NCBI GenBank assembly: GCA_944358455.1
Contig: CALVRE010000043.1
Span: forward strand, 8,827-72,826
DNA from: an uncultured Bacilli bacterium
Lineage (GTDB): Bacteria; Bacillota_I; Bacilli_A; RF39; UBA660
Reading direction: 5' to 3'
Length of the DNA: 64,000 bases
Shown here: positions 18,327 to 28,779 of the stretch, in pieces
How positions within the stretch are numbered: the stretch's first letter is position 1
Layout of the letters: each line of letters begins with the position of its first letter
Made by a program: the position numbers and the translations under genes
Notes under the pieces: generated by a model
What the model was told of the DNA's origin: nothing
The model's input: only the letters and a program-made list of their open reading frames with translations
Databases searched by the model: none

Positions 18327-19619
18327 TTACAATTCTTGTCTTTCTGTCGGCAACAAAAGCACATATCCACTTTCTTTCAGTGAAATTTCTTTCATTACCT
18401 TTTGATACTCTTCTAAACGAAAAGAACGAATTCTGCTAACTTCATCGGTTAATACCCTATGATATTCTGTCATCTGCCAAACAATTCGATCATTCATCAT
18501 ATAAATATCATCGCTCTGATAGATACGATTGCTGATTAAAATCTTTTTATATCTTTCAAAATCTTCATCCGTAATCTTGGTATTCTTCATTTCTTTTTCG
18601 ATTGCATTCAATAAATCATTTGGTTTTTCGCTTTCACCATCAATTGCGATGACTAGATAATCACCATAGTCAGTCATCATGACACCTAAACTACTGGTAA
18701 TAATCCCTTCCTTTTTCAATTTTTCTACTAGTGTTGATCTAGTTCCAAAATGAATATCGAAAAAGAAGCTCAAATAAGGCAAACGGTTCATTTTATCTTG
18801 TTCATTCCACTGACGCATGTCAACTTTTATATTGTAAGATATTTTAGGAATTTCAACATTCATATGAAAAACAATTTTTTTCTTATGTAAATGTTTAGGT
18901 TCTTGATAGGTTTGAAGTTTGATTTCTTGTTTTGGTCCAAATTGTTTCTTTTTTTGATTTTCCTTAATAAGATTAAGAGTTTCCTCAGGATCGACATTTC
19001 CACTTATAACTAACATCATATTAGATGGATGATAAAATGTCTCGTAACACATTTTAAGCTCTTCCACAGTAATTGCTTTAATATCATCTACTGAACCAAT
19101 TCCCGGATAACGAACAGGGTCTTTGGAAAACACTTGATCTAATAAACTATAGTAAAGTCTACTACCTGGACGATCCAAATACATTTTTGCTTCTTGTATA
19201 ATAATTCCTTTTTCTCGTTCCACATTTTCTTCTGTTATATAAAGTTCTTGAACAAAATCAAGTAATGTTGTCAAATTTTCAGCAAAACAAGTATTACCAC
19301 TAAACTGATAAACTGTACGATTGAAAGAAGTATAAGCATTCGCACTTGCACCTCTTTCCGAGAATAGGTTAATTGCATCTCCTCCATCTGGTTGTCCAAA
19401 CATTTTATGTTCTAAAAAATGAGCAATCCCATGAGGAACTTTAACCATCTTTTTACTTCCTCTGGGAACGAATTCATCGATACGACTACCATAAAATGTC
19501 GTAAATGTTGCGTATTGGCTATTGACATTTTTGTTTGGTAAAATCTTTACTTGTAAACCATTTTCTAATGTTTCTTCATAGAGAGTAAGATCCAAATTTT
19601 CAAGCTTCGTCTTCTTCAT
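18327..19619 (-). CDS. M16 family zinc metallopeptidase (active subunit, HxxEH)
   Basis: 430 aa. It has the inverted zincin motif HFLEH and the downstream Glu. Confidence 0.75.
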   Translation of the reverse strand: MKKTKLENLDLTLYEETLENGLQVKILPNKNVNSQYATFTTFYGSRIDEFVPRGSKKMVKVPHGIAHFLEHKMFGQPDGGDAINLFSERGASANAYTSFNRTVYQFSGNTCFAENLTTLLDFVQELYITEENVEREKGIIIQEAKMYLDRPGSRLYYSLLDQVFSKDPVRYPGIGSVDDIKAITVEELKMCYETFYHPSNMMLVISGNVDPEETLNLIKENQKKKQFGPKQEIKLQTYQEPKHLHKKKIVFHMNVEIPKISYNIKVDMRQWNEQDKMNRLPYLSFFFDIHFGTRSTLVEKLKKEGIITSSLGVMMTDYGDYLVIAIDGESEKPNDLLNAIEKEMKNTKITDEDFERYKKILISNRIYQSDDIYMMNDRIVWQMTEYHRVLTDEVSRIRSFRLEEYQKVMKEISLKESGYVLLLPTERQEL

Positions 19620-20880
19620 TCTTCATCTCTCCTTCCAGCAAATAAATCGTATCCATGTGAACTTTCTTCGCTACTTTCAAAATATCTTCTTTTGTAACCT
19701 TTTTGATATTCTCTAACTTTTCATCACGTAAATCCGTATGAAAATTAAGATGATTAATCAAACTTGCAATCATATTCTCTGGAGAATCCGTGATTTCTAA
19801 ATAAGCAGATGTATAAGTCAAAATACCATTTTGAATCTGTTCTTCAGTAAAATTACCTTTTTCGATTTTTTTCATGCTATCTTTAATCAATTTAACCGCT
19901 TTTTTAAAATCGGCTTTTTCAATACCTGCAAATATTTTTAAAATACCAACAGCTGATTGATAATTCGACTGAATCGTATAACATAAAGAGTGTTTTTCTC
20001 TTACAGTACGGAACAAAATGGAATCTGATCCACCACCTAATAAATAATTATAAATAGGCATCACATATTGATATTCAAAAGAAGTAAGAGGTTCTACCTT
20101 ACACCCAATTACCAATTTACTTTGATTAAATTCTTTCGTTTCGACAATTGTTTTACTTCGTTTACGAAATTTTGTCTGTTCGATCATAGGATCTTCCCCA
20201 GGGTGTTTTAGTGTATTAATCGGAATTAATTTACGCAAAATATCAGGATAAGAAATACCTGCTACATTTCCACATACGACAATATTCAAAAGAAAACTTT
20301 TGAGTAACTTTTGATAATATTGGTAAAGATCCTTACCATTTATTTTTTCTAATAATTCTTTTTCTCCATATGGATGGTAGCTAATAGAAGAATCCGGCAT
20401 CATTTCTTCTAACATACGTAAATTCGCATACGCTGTTTGATTCTCCCAAAAAGTACGAAGATTTTCAAGTAATACACTACGAACAAATTCGACTTTTTCT
20501 TCTGGAAAAGCTCCATCTTTTACATCTGGATCAAACAAAATATCATGAATCATTTCCAGTGACTTTTGAAGCATACCTTCCTCGGTATATTTTTCATCTA
20601 AAAAAACAAATGACATTTTCAAACACAAATATTTACCAGATTTTAATGTTCGATAACTCCATTCCATGCCATATAAGTCATCACTTGCTAGTTCCATCGT
20701 TCTTCTCGTTGGATATTTCTTACAACCTTCTAATAATACAGCCATCAAAAAATTAAGATAACTAATATCTTCTTTTTCAATTTTTTTCTTAAAATCAAAT
20801 TCAATTACCGTTCGCTTAAAACGATCTGTTGGGATCACATATACTTGATATGCCCCCATATCATAACTTGTATAGTTCAT
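19600..20880 (-). CDS. M16 family peptidase-like protein (partner subunit without the HxxEH motif)
   Basis: 426 aa, of similar size and fold pattern. It overlaps the downstream M16 gene by 20 nt, which suggests a heterodimer pair like YmfF/YmfH. Confidence 0.65.
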   Translation of the reverse strand: MNYTSYDMGAYQVYVIPTDRFKRTVIEFDFKKKIEKEDISYLNFLMAVLLEGCKKYPTRRTMELASDDLYGMEWSYRTLKSGKYLCLKMSFVFLDEKYTEEGMLQKSLEMIHDILFDPDVKDGAFPEEKVEFVRSVLLENLRTFWENQTAYANLRMLEEMMPDSSISYHPYGEKELLEKINGKDLYQYYQKLLKSFLLNIVVCGNVAGISYPDILRKLIPINTLKHPGEDPMIEQTKFRKRSKTIVETKEFNQSKLVIGCKVEPLTSFEYQYVMPIYNYLLGGGSDSILFRTVREKHSLCYTIQSNYQSAVGILKIFAGIEKADFKKAVKLIKDSMKKIEKGNFTEEQIQNGILTYTSAYLEITDSPENMIASLINHLNFHTDLRDEKLENIKKVTKEDILKVAKKVHMDTIYLLEGEMKNEEDEA

Positions 20881-20926
20881 AAGTCACCTCAACTTTAGTA
20901 TATGTAAAAACGTATATTTTATAATT

Positions 20927-21628
20927 TTATAATAGAGATTCTAAGGCTAGTTCAACCATTTTGGTGAAAGCATTTTGACGTTCTGCACTCGTGGTCTCTT
21001 CTTTCGTTTCAAAGTTATTGGATACAGTAAGTAAACAAGCTGCCTCTTTCCCTAAATGATTCGCATTGTGAAAAAGCGCAAAGCTTTCCATTTCAACCCC
21101 TAAGCATCCTTGATCCTCATACATATCATGGTAGTCAACTGTATCACTATAAAAAACATCGCTACAATAAATTTTCCCCTTATGAACAGGAATATCTAAC
21201 TGAGAAGCAGTATGTTCAATTTTGCTTACAAGTGCTGCTGATGGATATAAAGTAGTATCTTTGGTTCCATCTTGAATAAAAGCATAATGAGAATCAGAAT
21301 AAACCGATGTTTCCAATACAACATCATATAAGTTTAAATGTTTCGTATAAGCCCCAACCGAACCAATACGAATGATCTTATCAACATCGTAAGCCGTAAA
21401 GAGTTCATAAGAATAAATTCCCATACTTGGACATCCCATTCCAGAAGCCATTACGGTGATATTCTCACCTTTATATGTACCAGTATATCCTAACATACCG
21501 CGAACACTCGTGACTAATTTAGCCTCTTCCAAATAGGTTTCGGCAATCATCTTAGCTCGTAATGGATCTCCTGGCATAATTACTTTCTTAGCAATTTCAT
21601 GTTTTTTTGCTTCAATATGTGGTGTCAT
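20927..21628 (-). CDS. deoD: purine nucleoside phosphorylase, DeoD type
   Basis: 233 aa, PNP/UDP family, with GDPLRAK, SVRGMLGYTG and MESFALF-like motifs. Confidence 0.8.
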   Translation of the reverse strand: MTPHIEAKKHEIAKKVIMPGDPLRAKMIAETYLEEAKLVTSVRGMLGYTGTYKGENITVMASGMGCPSMGIYSYELFTAYDVDKIIRIGSVGAYTKHLNLYDVVLETSVYSDSHYAFIQDGTKDTTLYPSAALVSKIEHTASQLDIPVHKGKIYCSDVFYSDTVDYHDMYEDQGCLGVEMESFALFHNANHLGKEAACLLTVSNNFETKEETTSAERQNAFTKMVELALESLL

Positions 21629-22613
21629 GATACCCCTCCTCTATCTTTTGATATAGTATTTGTTTTTCTTTTTCATCGATAAACGCTCCTTTGATTGCAT
21701 TTATATTGATCTTTTTTAAATCGTCCCACGTAAAGTGAAATAATTCGATTAAATCTCGATACTCATCGGTCAAATTAATTTGAGAAACCGTTCGATTATC
21801 CGTATTAACTGTTACTAACACATGATGATATAATTGAAAAATTGGATGATCTTGTTTCTTTAAAACAGCCATGGTATCGACATTGCTATCCGGACATACT
21901 TCTAAAATAACGTGGTTATGTTGCAACTGTTCCATTAAAGCAGAGTTCTCGGAAGCACGAATTCCATGACCAATACGCTTTGCCCCAAAGGATAATGCCG
22001 CCTCAATACTATGATAATCACTTGCTTCTCCTGCATGAATCGTAAACGGTAAATCATAAGCTCTTATTTTCTGAAATAACTCTTCAAACAGAATCGTTGG
22101 ATACTTTGATTCATCACCAGCCAAATCAAGTGCAATTCTACGATCTTTCCATTTGTTTGCGAGTTCGATCGTCTCAAAATTATGAATATTTCCATTTTCG
22201 ATATCATGTCGCATACAACATAAAATTAAATTACTTTGAATTCCTTCTACTTCTTTCATACTAGACCAAACCGTATCCACTACTTCTTCTTGTGTTAATC
22301 CTTTCTTCGTATGAAACATAGGTGCGAATCGAAGTTCTGCATAAATGACATGTTCCTCTTTTAAATCATCTAATAATTCCTTTGTAATTCTCTTTAAGTT
22401 TTCCTTTGTCTGCATCGCTTCAATCGGAAGATCAAATTTAGTCAAATAATCGGTAAGAGAATGGGTTTCTTTACTCACCATCATCTTCTCTTCTACTTCT
22501 GGTAAAGGAAGATTTAATAGTTCACTGACCGTCTTTGGTCGTACAGAGCCATCAATATGTAAATGTAATTCCACTTTCGGTAATGCACGAATCTTTTCTG
22601 TTAGTGTTTCCAT
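21612..22613 (-). CDS. add: adenosine deaminase
   Basis: 333 aa. It has the metal-binding motifs ELHLHIDGS and TIHAGE, plus DSNVDT. Confidence 0.8.
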   Translation of the reverse strand: METLTEKIRALPKVELHLHIDGSVRPKTVSELLNLPLPEVEEKMMVSKETHSLTDYLTKFDLPIEAMQTKENLKRITKELLDDLKEEHVIYAELRFAPMFHTKKGLTQEEVVDTVWSSMKEVEGIQSNLILCCMRHDIENGNIHNFETIELANKWKDRRIALDLAGDESKYPTILFEELFQKIRAYDLPFTIHAGEASDYHSIEAALSFGAKRIGHGIRASENSALMEQLQHNHVILEVCPDSNVDTMAVLKKQDHPIFQLYHHVLVTVNTDNRTVSQINLTDEYRDLIELFHFTWDDLKKININAIKGAFIDEKEKQILYQKIEEGYHDTTY

Positions 22614-22731
22614 ATTTCACCTTCTTATTCATTGTAACACACTAAGAAAAAAAATCAAAACAAATTACATAGTCGTTCGGAAATGACTTGGTACTATTTT
22701 GACAATTTTCTGATGATCTTTCTTAGAATAC

Positions 22732-22757
22732 AAAAAAAGGAAATAATTCCTTTTTTG
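22732..22757 (-). terminator. intrinsic terminator downstream of uvrA
   Basis: The hairpin AAGGAAATAATTCCTT is flanked by A/T runs. Confidence 0.5.
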
Positions 22758-22765
22758 CAACAACC

Positions 22766-25582
22766 TTATTTTTTCAACAACGGTTTCAAAAATTGTCCCG
22801 TATAACTTTCTTTTACTTCCACAATCTCTTCTGGTGTTCCTTTAGCGATGATAGTTCCACCACGATCTCCACCTTCTGGACCTAAATCGATAATATAATC
22901 GGCTACTTTAATGACATCAAGATTATGTTCGATGACCAAAACCGTATCCCCATTATCGACAATTCTCTCTAAAATGACTAATAGCTTTTTAATATCATCA
23001 CTATGTAAACCAGTCGTTGGTTCATCCAAAATAAACATACTCTTTCCGGTTGGTCGTTTTTGAAGTTCTTTCGCTAGTTTGACACGTCCAGCTTCTCCTC
23101 CAGATAATGTAGGTGCACTTTGTCCTAATTTAATATAAGAAAGTCCAACATCTACTAACATTTGTAACTTATCTCGTACTTTTGGCACATTCTCAAAAAA
23201 TTCTAATGCTTCTTCGACACGCATTTCTAAAACATCGTAAATATTTTTCCCTTTGTATTTAATTTCCAATGTTTCATGATTATAACGCGTTCCGCCACAT
23301 ACTTCACATGGAACATAAACATCAGGCAAGAAATGCATCTCGATTTTCTTTACACCATCACCCCAACATGCTTCGCAACGTCCACCTTTGACATTAAAGG
23401 AAAATCTACTTTTATCATATCCTCTAATTTTTGCTTCTTTTGTTTGAGCAAATACCTCACGAATATCATCGAAGACACCTGTATAGGTTGCTGGATTACT
23501 ACGAGGAGTTCGTCCAATTGGATCTTGTGAAATATTGACTACTTTATCGATATTTTCTAATCCTTTGATTTCTCTAAATTTTCCTGGTTTTACTTTTGTT
23601 TTATAAAGATTAGATGCTAATGCTTTATAGACAATCTCGGTAATCAAACTACTCTTTCCACTTCCGGATACCCCCGTCACACAAATAAACGTACCAAGTG
23701 GAAATTTAACATTGATATTTTTCAAGTTATTTTCCTTTGCACCTTTGATCTCTAAAAATTTCTTATTACCTTTACGACGATGCGCAGGTACTTCAATTTT
23801 CTTCTTTCCACTTAAATATTGTCCGGTTAAGCTATTCGGATTTGCCATTACTTCTGCTGGTGTTCCTTCTGCTACCACAGTACCACCATGTAAGCCAGCT
23901 CCAGGACCAATATCCACCAAATAATCACATGCTAACATCGTATCAGTATCATGTTCTACCACGATCAAAGTATTTCCTAAATCACGCATTTCCAACATCG
24001 AATTAATCAATTTCTGATTATCACGTTGGTGAAGACCAATACTAGGTTCATCTAAAACATATAGGACTCCAGTTAAGCGAGAACCAATCTGAGTTGCAAG
24101 TCGAATGCGTTGTGCTTCTCCTCCGGATAACGTTTCCGCACTGCGATCAAGTGTCAAATATTCAAGTCCAACGTTAATCAAAAATGATAAACGAGAATTA
24201 ATTTCCTTCAAAATCAATCTGGAAATTTCTTGTTCTTCTTTCGATAATGGTAGCTTTTCTAAAAAAGTATGCAAGTCAAAGATACTCATCTGTGTCATCT
24301 CATAAATGTTCTTTCCACCAATTAATACCGATAACACATCACTGTTTAATCTAGCCCCATGACAGGCTTCACAAGGAAGTTCCATCATAAATTGTTCGAT
24401 CCATTCACGAATCCAACCACTCTTTGTTTCCATATAACGACGTTCTAAATTCGTGACAACGCCTTCATAGTAAGCTTTCGTATTACGTGTATTTCCATTT
24501 TTTGCTACGTAATTAAATTCGATCATATCAGGTGAGCCAATCAAAATAATATCCAACTCTTTACGAGTAAAATCTTTTATTGGCTTATTTTGATCGATAT
24601 GATAATAATCACATACTGCATTCATTTGTGTCGAATAAATACTGTTTGGATCATCCAAATTAAGAGTTACAATCGCTCCTTCACGAATACTCTTACTTCG
24701 ATCTGGAATAATTAAATCTTCATCGATTTTTAATTTTACACCTAATCCTTTACAATCCGGACAAGCACCATAAGGAGCATTGAAACTAAACATACGAGGT
24801 TCTAGTTCTGGCAAACTAAAATCACAATCAGGACAAGCATAATTTTCGCTCATCACAAATTCTTCACCACCAACCACATCGATGACGACTTTTCCATGTG
24901 ATAACTTGGTAGCGTTCTCAATGGATTCATAAAGGCGACTTCGAATATCCTCCTTCATGACCAAACGATCGATCACGACATGAATATTATGTTTCTTGTT
25001 CTTCTCCAAATTGATTTCTTCACTTAAATCATGTTCTTCTCCATCGACACGAACACGAATATATCCATCTTTCAATAACTTTTCAAAAAGATCTTTATGA
25101 GTTCCTTTTTCACCATGAACGACCGGACTAAGAACACGAATTCTCGTTCCTGGTTCCAATTCCAAAATACGATTCGTCATCTCTTCGACACTTTGACTAC
25201 TGATTGGTCTTTTATGGATGGGGCAATAAGGTACTCCAATACGAGCATACAAAAGCCTGAGATAATCATAAATTTCGGTCACCGTCCCAACCGTACTTCG
25301 AGGATTACGATTCGTCGATTTTTGATCGATACTAATCGATGGACTAAGACCTTCTATACTATCGACATCAGGCTTTTCCGTCCCACCTAAAAATTGTCTT
25401 GCATAAGCACTTAAACTTTCAACATAACGTCTTTGTCCTTCCGCATAGATCGTATCGAACGCTAAACTACTCTTTCCGCTTCCCGACACTCCGGTCATAA
25501 CAATCAATTTATTTTTGGGCAATTCGATATTAATATTTTTTAAATTATTTTCTCTTGCACCTTTGACGATAATTTTATCCAT
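22766..25582 (-). CDS. uvrA: excinuclease ABC subunit A
   Basis: 938 aa. It has two ABC ATPase modules (GVSGSGKSS twice, LSGGEAQR), zinc-finger cysteines and the UvrA signature regions. Confidence 0.9.
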   Translation of the reverse strand: MDKIIVKGARENNLKNINIELPKNKLIVMTGVSGSGKSSLAFDTIYAEGQRRYVESLSAYARQFLGGTEKPDVDSIEGLSPSISIDQKSTNRNPRSTVGTVTEIYDYLRLLYARIGVPYCPIHKRPISSQSVEEMTNRILELEPGTRIRVLSPVVHGEKGTHKDLFEKLLKDGYIRVRVDGEEHDLSEEINLEKNKKHNIHVVIDRLVMKEDIRSRLYESIENATKLSHGKVVIDVVGGEEFVMSENYACPDCDFSLPELEPRMFSFNAPYGACPDCKGLGVKLKIDEDLIIPDRSKSIREGAIVTLNLDDPNSIYSTQMNAVCDYYHIDQNKPIKDFTRKELDIILIGSPDMIEFNYVAKNGNTRNTKAYYEGVVTNLERRYMETKSGWIREWIEQFMMELPCEACHGARLNSDVLSVLIGGKNIYEMTQMSIFDLHTFLEKLPLSKEEQEISRLILKEINSRLSFLINVGLEYLTLDRSAETLSGGEAQRIRLATQIGSRLTGVLYVLDEPSIGLHQRDNQKLINSMLEMRDLGNTLIVVEHDTDTMLACDYLVDIGPGAGLHGGTVVAEGTPAEVMANPNSLTGQYLSGKKKIEVPAHRRKGNKKFLEIKGAKENNLKNINVKFPLGTFICVTGVSGSGKSSLITEIVYKALASNLYKTKVKPGKFREIKGLENIDKVVNISQDPIGRTPRSNPATYTGVFDDIREVFAQTKEAKIRGYDKSRFSFNVKGGRCEACWGDGVKKIEMHFLPDVYVPCEVCGGTRYNHETLEIKYKGKNIYDVLEMRVEEALEFFENVPKVRDKLQMLVDVGLSYIKLGQSAPTLSGGEAGRVKLAKELQKRPTGKSMFILDEPTTGLHSDDIKKLLVILERIVDNGDTVLVIEHNLDVIKVADYIIDLGPEGGDRGGTIIAKGTPEEIVEVKESYTGQFLKPLLKK

Positions 25583-25667
25583 ACTCTCACCTCAAACACA
25601 GGTATTATACCATAACTAGGTTTATTATAATATACCATTTTTAACCAATTTTCGATATTCATATTAT

Positions 25668-25685
25668 AGCAAACATTTGTTTGTT
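25668..25685. promoter_or_regulatory. candidate LexA (Cheo-box-like) operator between uvrA and the divergent DUF1653 gene
   Basis: caAACATTTGTTtg matches the Firmicutes SOS box CGAACRNRYGTTYG at 12 of 14 positions. It lies about 90 nt upstream of the uvrA start. Confidence 0.3.
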
Positions 25686-25744
25686 ATGCAATAATCAATT
25701 GCTTTTTTATATATTTTTATTATAATGAGAAGAGAGGTGAAAGA

Positions 25745-26002
25745 ATGAGGCGAACTGTTACCATCAATGGATATTATCGTCATTTTAAAGGTTCTATTTA
25801 TCGTGTGATTGCCATTGCTAAAGATTGTGATAATTTATCGTTAAAAGTCGTATATCAAAATACGAAAAATGATGAGGTTTGGATTCGTGACTATGAGGAA
25901 TTTTTATCAGAAGTAGATCATCAAAAATATCCCAATATCAAGCAAAAATATCGTTTTGAAGAAATAGAACCATCATTTCTAAATAATAAAAAAGGTGATT
26001 GA
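25745..26002 (+). CDS. DUF1653 family small protein
   Basis: GYYRHFKGSIYRVIAIAKDCDNL...VVYQNTKNDEVWIRDYEEF...QKYRFEEIE follows the DUF1653 consensus (YRHYKG..Y.V...VVY...G.IWVRP...F...RFE). Confidence 0.55.
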   Translation: MRRTVTINGYYRHFKGSIYRVIAIAKDCDNLSLKVVYQNTKNDEVWIRDYEEFLSEVDHQKYPNIKQKYRFEEIEPSFLNNKKGD

Positions 26003-26022
26003 TTAAAATCACCTTTTCTTTA
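25990..26022. terminator. bidirectional intrinsic terminator
   Basis: The hairpin AAAGGTGATT-gattaaa-ATCACCTTT has T-runs on both sides. It lies between convergent genes. Confidence 0.55.
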
Positions 26023-26406
26023 TTTTAATTTTAAAACATGTGCTACACCGTCATCTACTTGAACTGCTTGTCCATTGACTACTACTGTTCCATCCATAAT
26101 TTGACCATTTTCAACGGTTAAATCAACATGATCTAGCATTTCCACAGGATAGATATCGTTTAAATGATATTCATAAGCTAAATCGCCTTGTTCGGTAGCA
26201 AAATGACAACCACCATTTCCACATTCTCCATTTAATTCAGAACCATTTAAACCAGTATTGATGTCTTCAATAAGACCGTTTGTTAAATCGAGTGCTCCAG
26301 CTTCCTTACTAAGAACATCTCCCATTTCTTTTTGTTTACATCCTGAAAGTATCATTGTTTCCACAGCCATCAATGTCACAAGTAATCTTTTCTTACTCTT
26401 TGTCAC
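26020..26406 (-). CDS. lipoprotein (128 aa), function unknown
   Basis: The signal peptide ends in the lipobox LSGC (MTKSKKRLLVTLMAVETMILSGCKQ). The mature protein is Gly/Asn/Asp-rich. Confidence 0.6.
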   Translation of the reverse strand: MTKSKKRLLVTLMAVETMILSGCKQKEMGDVLSKEAGALDLTNGLIEDINTGLNGSELNGECGNGGCHFATEQGDLAYEYHLNDIYPVEMLDHVDLTVENGQIMDGTVVVNGQAVQVDDGVAHVLKLK

Positions 26407-26459
26407 ATAAAACTCCCCTTTCGAGGAAGTATTATATCATATTTTTTTATTTTATCAAA

Positions 26460-26810
26460 TTAGTCTTTTGGTTTGAAAAATAAACATAAGAAGAACGAAA
26501 TAACAATCGCCGAAATAATACCTGTACTAGTCAAATCGAACATTCCCATCGCAAGTCCCATAAATCCAAAATCACCAGCTTTTTCTAAAGCACCATGAAT
26601 GAGTAAATGTCCAAAACTAGTAATCGGTACCAAAGCTCCTCCACCTGCCCATTGTACAAATTTATCATAAATACTAAACGTATCTAAAAAGGCGCCTACG
26701 ACGACAAAAATCGTAGTCACATGACCAGGTGTAAGCTTTGTATTATCTAGAATAATCTGTCCCAGTAAACACACAAAACCAGCAAATAGAAAAGCATTTA
26801 CATAAATCAT
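26460..26810 (-). CDS. spoVAEb: stage V sporulation protein AEb (SpoVAC/SpoVAEb family)
   Basis: 116 aa, an integral membrane protein. It is a paralog of the spoVAC gene two ORFs upstream (LVPITSFGHLLIHGALEKAG vs LVPITGFAHSMMSAALEYRKEG). Confidence 0.7.
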   Translation of the reverse strand: MIYVNAFLFAGFVCLLGQIILDNTKLTPGHVTTIFVVVGAFLDTFSIYDKFVQWAGGGALVPITSFGHLLIHGALEKAGDFGFMGLAMGMFDLTSTGIISAIVISFFLCLFFKPKD

Positions 26811-27799
26811 TCTACTACCTCCAAACTAATTGCATGAGCAATGGCAGGAATACTTAATTTTTGATTGACCATCGTCGTCGAATGAAGTGCTCCCGTCGCA
26901 ACTAATAGAACACGTTTTAATTCTTTTTTACGCATCAAGTCAAAAATATAACCATATGTCACTAACGGAGCACAGGCTGGTCCACTACCTCCAGCATGTA
27001 CATCTTTCTCTTTTTCTAAATCAAAAATCATACAAGCAGTATCATTATAATTTTTCAAGTTAATGTGATATTCACTTTTCATATAATCCTTTAATATTTG
27101 TTTCCCATATACACCTAAATCACCAGTCAACACTAAATCATAATAATCGATTTCTCGTTTTGTATCATTTAAATGTTGACAAATCGTACTAGCTGCAGCT
27201 GGAGCCATAACTGCTCCCATATGATAAACATCTTTGATTCCCATATCGATAACTGTTCCAACTGTTGCACTTTCCACACGAATTCCTTTTTTATCATAAG
27301 ATAGGTAGGCACTTGCACCTCCTGTTGTCGTAAAAGTTGCCGTCTTTGGTTTTGGCCCACCATATTCTACTGGATAACGAAATTGTTTTTCTGCTCCATT
27401 ATTATGAGAAGAAACACTACAAATACAGTTTTTTACTTGTTTTGCTTCAATCATATTAGCACCTAAGATAAGACCTTCTACACTAGTTGCGCATGCACTA
27501 TAAACCCCGAAAAAAGGAATTCCGATATTGCTAGCTGCGTAGTCAGAAGAAGCAATTTGATTAAGTAAATCACCAGATATATGAAGATCGACATCAAATC
27601 TCGTTTTCCCTACTTTTGCGAGTACAATATCGACACTATCTTCGATCAATTTCGATTCTGCTTGTTCCCAAGTGGGTTTTCCAAAATAAAGATCATTGTA
27701 CGTCTTATCGAAATAAGGCGATAATGGACCTTTTTTCTCATAAGGACCTGTTACCGTTCCCGTTCCATTGATATAAACATTTTTATAACGAAATGTCAT
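26807..27799 (-). CDS. spoVAD: stage V sporulation protein AD (thiolase-like fold)
   Basis: About 330 aa from the ATG at 27797-27799 (MTFRYKNVYINGTG...). It has a beta-ketoacyl-synthase-like pattern with the conserved Cys (SACATS). The ORF-track N-terminal extension overlaps spoVAC. Confidence 0.7.
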   Translation of the reverse strand: MTFRYKNVYINGTGTVTGPYEKKGPLSPYFDKTYNDLYFGKPTWEQAESKLIEDSVDIVLAKVGKTRFDVDLHISGDLLNQIASSDYAASNIGIPFFGVYSACATSVEGLILGANMIEAKQVKNCICSVSSHNNGAEKQFRYPVEYGGPKPKTATFTTTGGASAYLSYDKKGIRVESATVGTVIDMGIKDVYHMGAVMAPAAASTICQHLNDTKREIDYYDLVLTGDLGVYGKQILKDYMKSEYHINLKNYNDTACMIFDLEKEKDVHAGGSGPACAPLVTYGYIFDLMRKKELKRVLLVATGALHSTTMVNQKLSIPAIAHAISLEVVE

Positions 27800-28242
27800 A
27801 GTGCACCCCCAAACAAAAGAAGTCTTAAAAGTCCAAAGACATAGGCACTTACCACACCAAAAATAATAACGGTTCCCGCTAATTTCAACATATTCGCACC
27901 AATACCTGTCACAAAACCTTCTTTGCGATATTCTAAAGCTGCACTCATCATCGAATGAGCAAATCCCGTAATTGGTACGATAAGTCCACATTTTGCAAAA
28001 TTGACCCATTTGTCAAAAAAGCCAAATGCCGTTAGTAAACATCCGATAAAAATTAAGGTAATGATCATGAATGTTCCAGCTTCTTTTGTTGGAATATCCA
28101 AATAATGAGCATAAAATTGTACAAGTAGTTGACCAATTACTCCCATCACGCCACCTACTAAAAAAGCGATCATTCCATTATAAAGACGATTTTCTTTTGG
28201 CGTATGCTTCTTAACCAAATCTTTATATCTATTCTTTTCCAT
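27796..28242 (-). CDS. spoVAC: stage V sporulation protein AC
   Basis: MEKNRYKDLVKKHTPKENRLYNGMIAFLVGG... AGGAGG lies 6 nt before the ATG at 28242. It has four TM helices. Confidence 0.7.
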   Translation of the reverse strand: MEKNRYKDLVKKHTPKENRLYNGMIAFLVGGVMGVIGQLLVQFYAHYLDIPTKEAGTFMIITLIFIGCLLTAFGFFDKWVNFAKCGLIVPITGFAHSMMSAALEYRKEGFVTGIGANMLKLAGTVIIFGVVSAYVFGLLRLLLFGGAL

Positions 28243-28326
28243 AACATTCCTCCTACCAATATTATGGAATTGGATTTCCAAATTTATACATCATAATCAC
28301 GATTCACAAAAAAACGATATTAGAAA

Positions 28327-28770
28327 TCAACCTAATATCGTCATAAGACTCCAAGCAGCAAAACTTCCAAACAGAATTCCCGCTACCACTTCAGCAGGAT
28401 TATGACCAAGTTCTTCTTTTAACTTTCGAAATCCTACTTTAGCATTTTTACCAAACATTTCATCCATAATATGGTTAATCGTAGCCGCTTGTTTTCCACT
28501 TTCCATGCGAAGTCCCATCGCATCATACGCAACTACCATCGAAAAAACGAGGGAAATCGCATAGAGTGGTGATGTAAATCCTTCTCCAATTCCAATCGCC
28601 GTTGCAAGGGAAAATGTAAACGAAGTATGACTACTAGGCATACCACCACTTCCACTTAATAGACGTCCCCATTTCAATTTATGACCATCGACCGACTCGA
28701 TCGTAAATTTGATTAATTGCGCTAGAATAAGTGTTACAATCGGTACGATAATATAACGGTATTCTCTCAT
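28327..28770 (-). CDS. divergent PAP2-like membrane protein (DUF212, YuiD-like)
   Basis: 147 aa with the pattern GMPSSHTSFTFSLATAIG....AYDAMGLR, typical of DUF212 acid phosphatase/haloperoxidase-related proteins. Confidence 0.5.
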   Translation of the reverse strand: MREYRYIIVPIVTLILAQLIKFTIESVDGHKLKWGRLLSGSGGMPSSHTSFTFSLATAIGIGEGFTSPLYAISLVFSMVVAYDAMGLRMESGKQAATINHIMDEMFGKNAKVGFRKLKEELGHNPAEVVAGILFGSFAAWSLMTILG

Positions 28771-28779
28771 ATTCTACTC

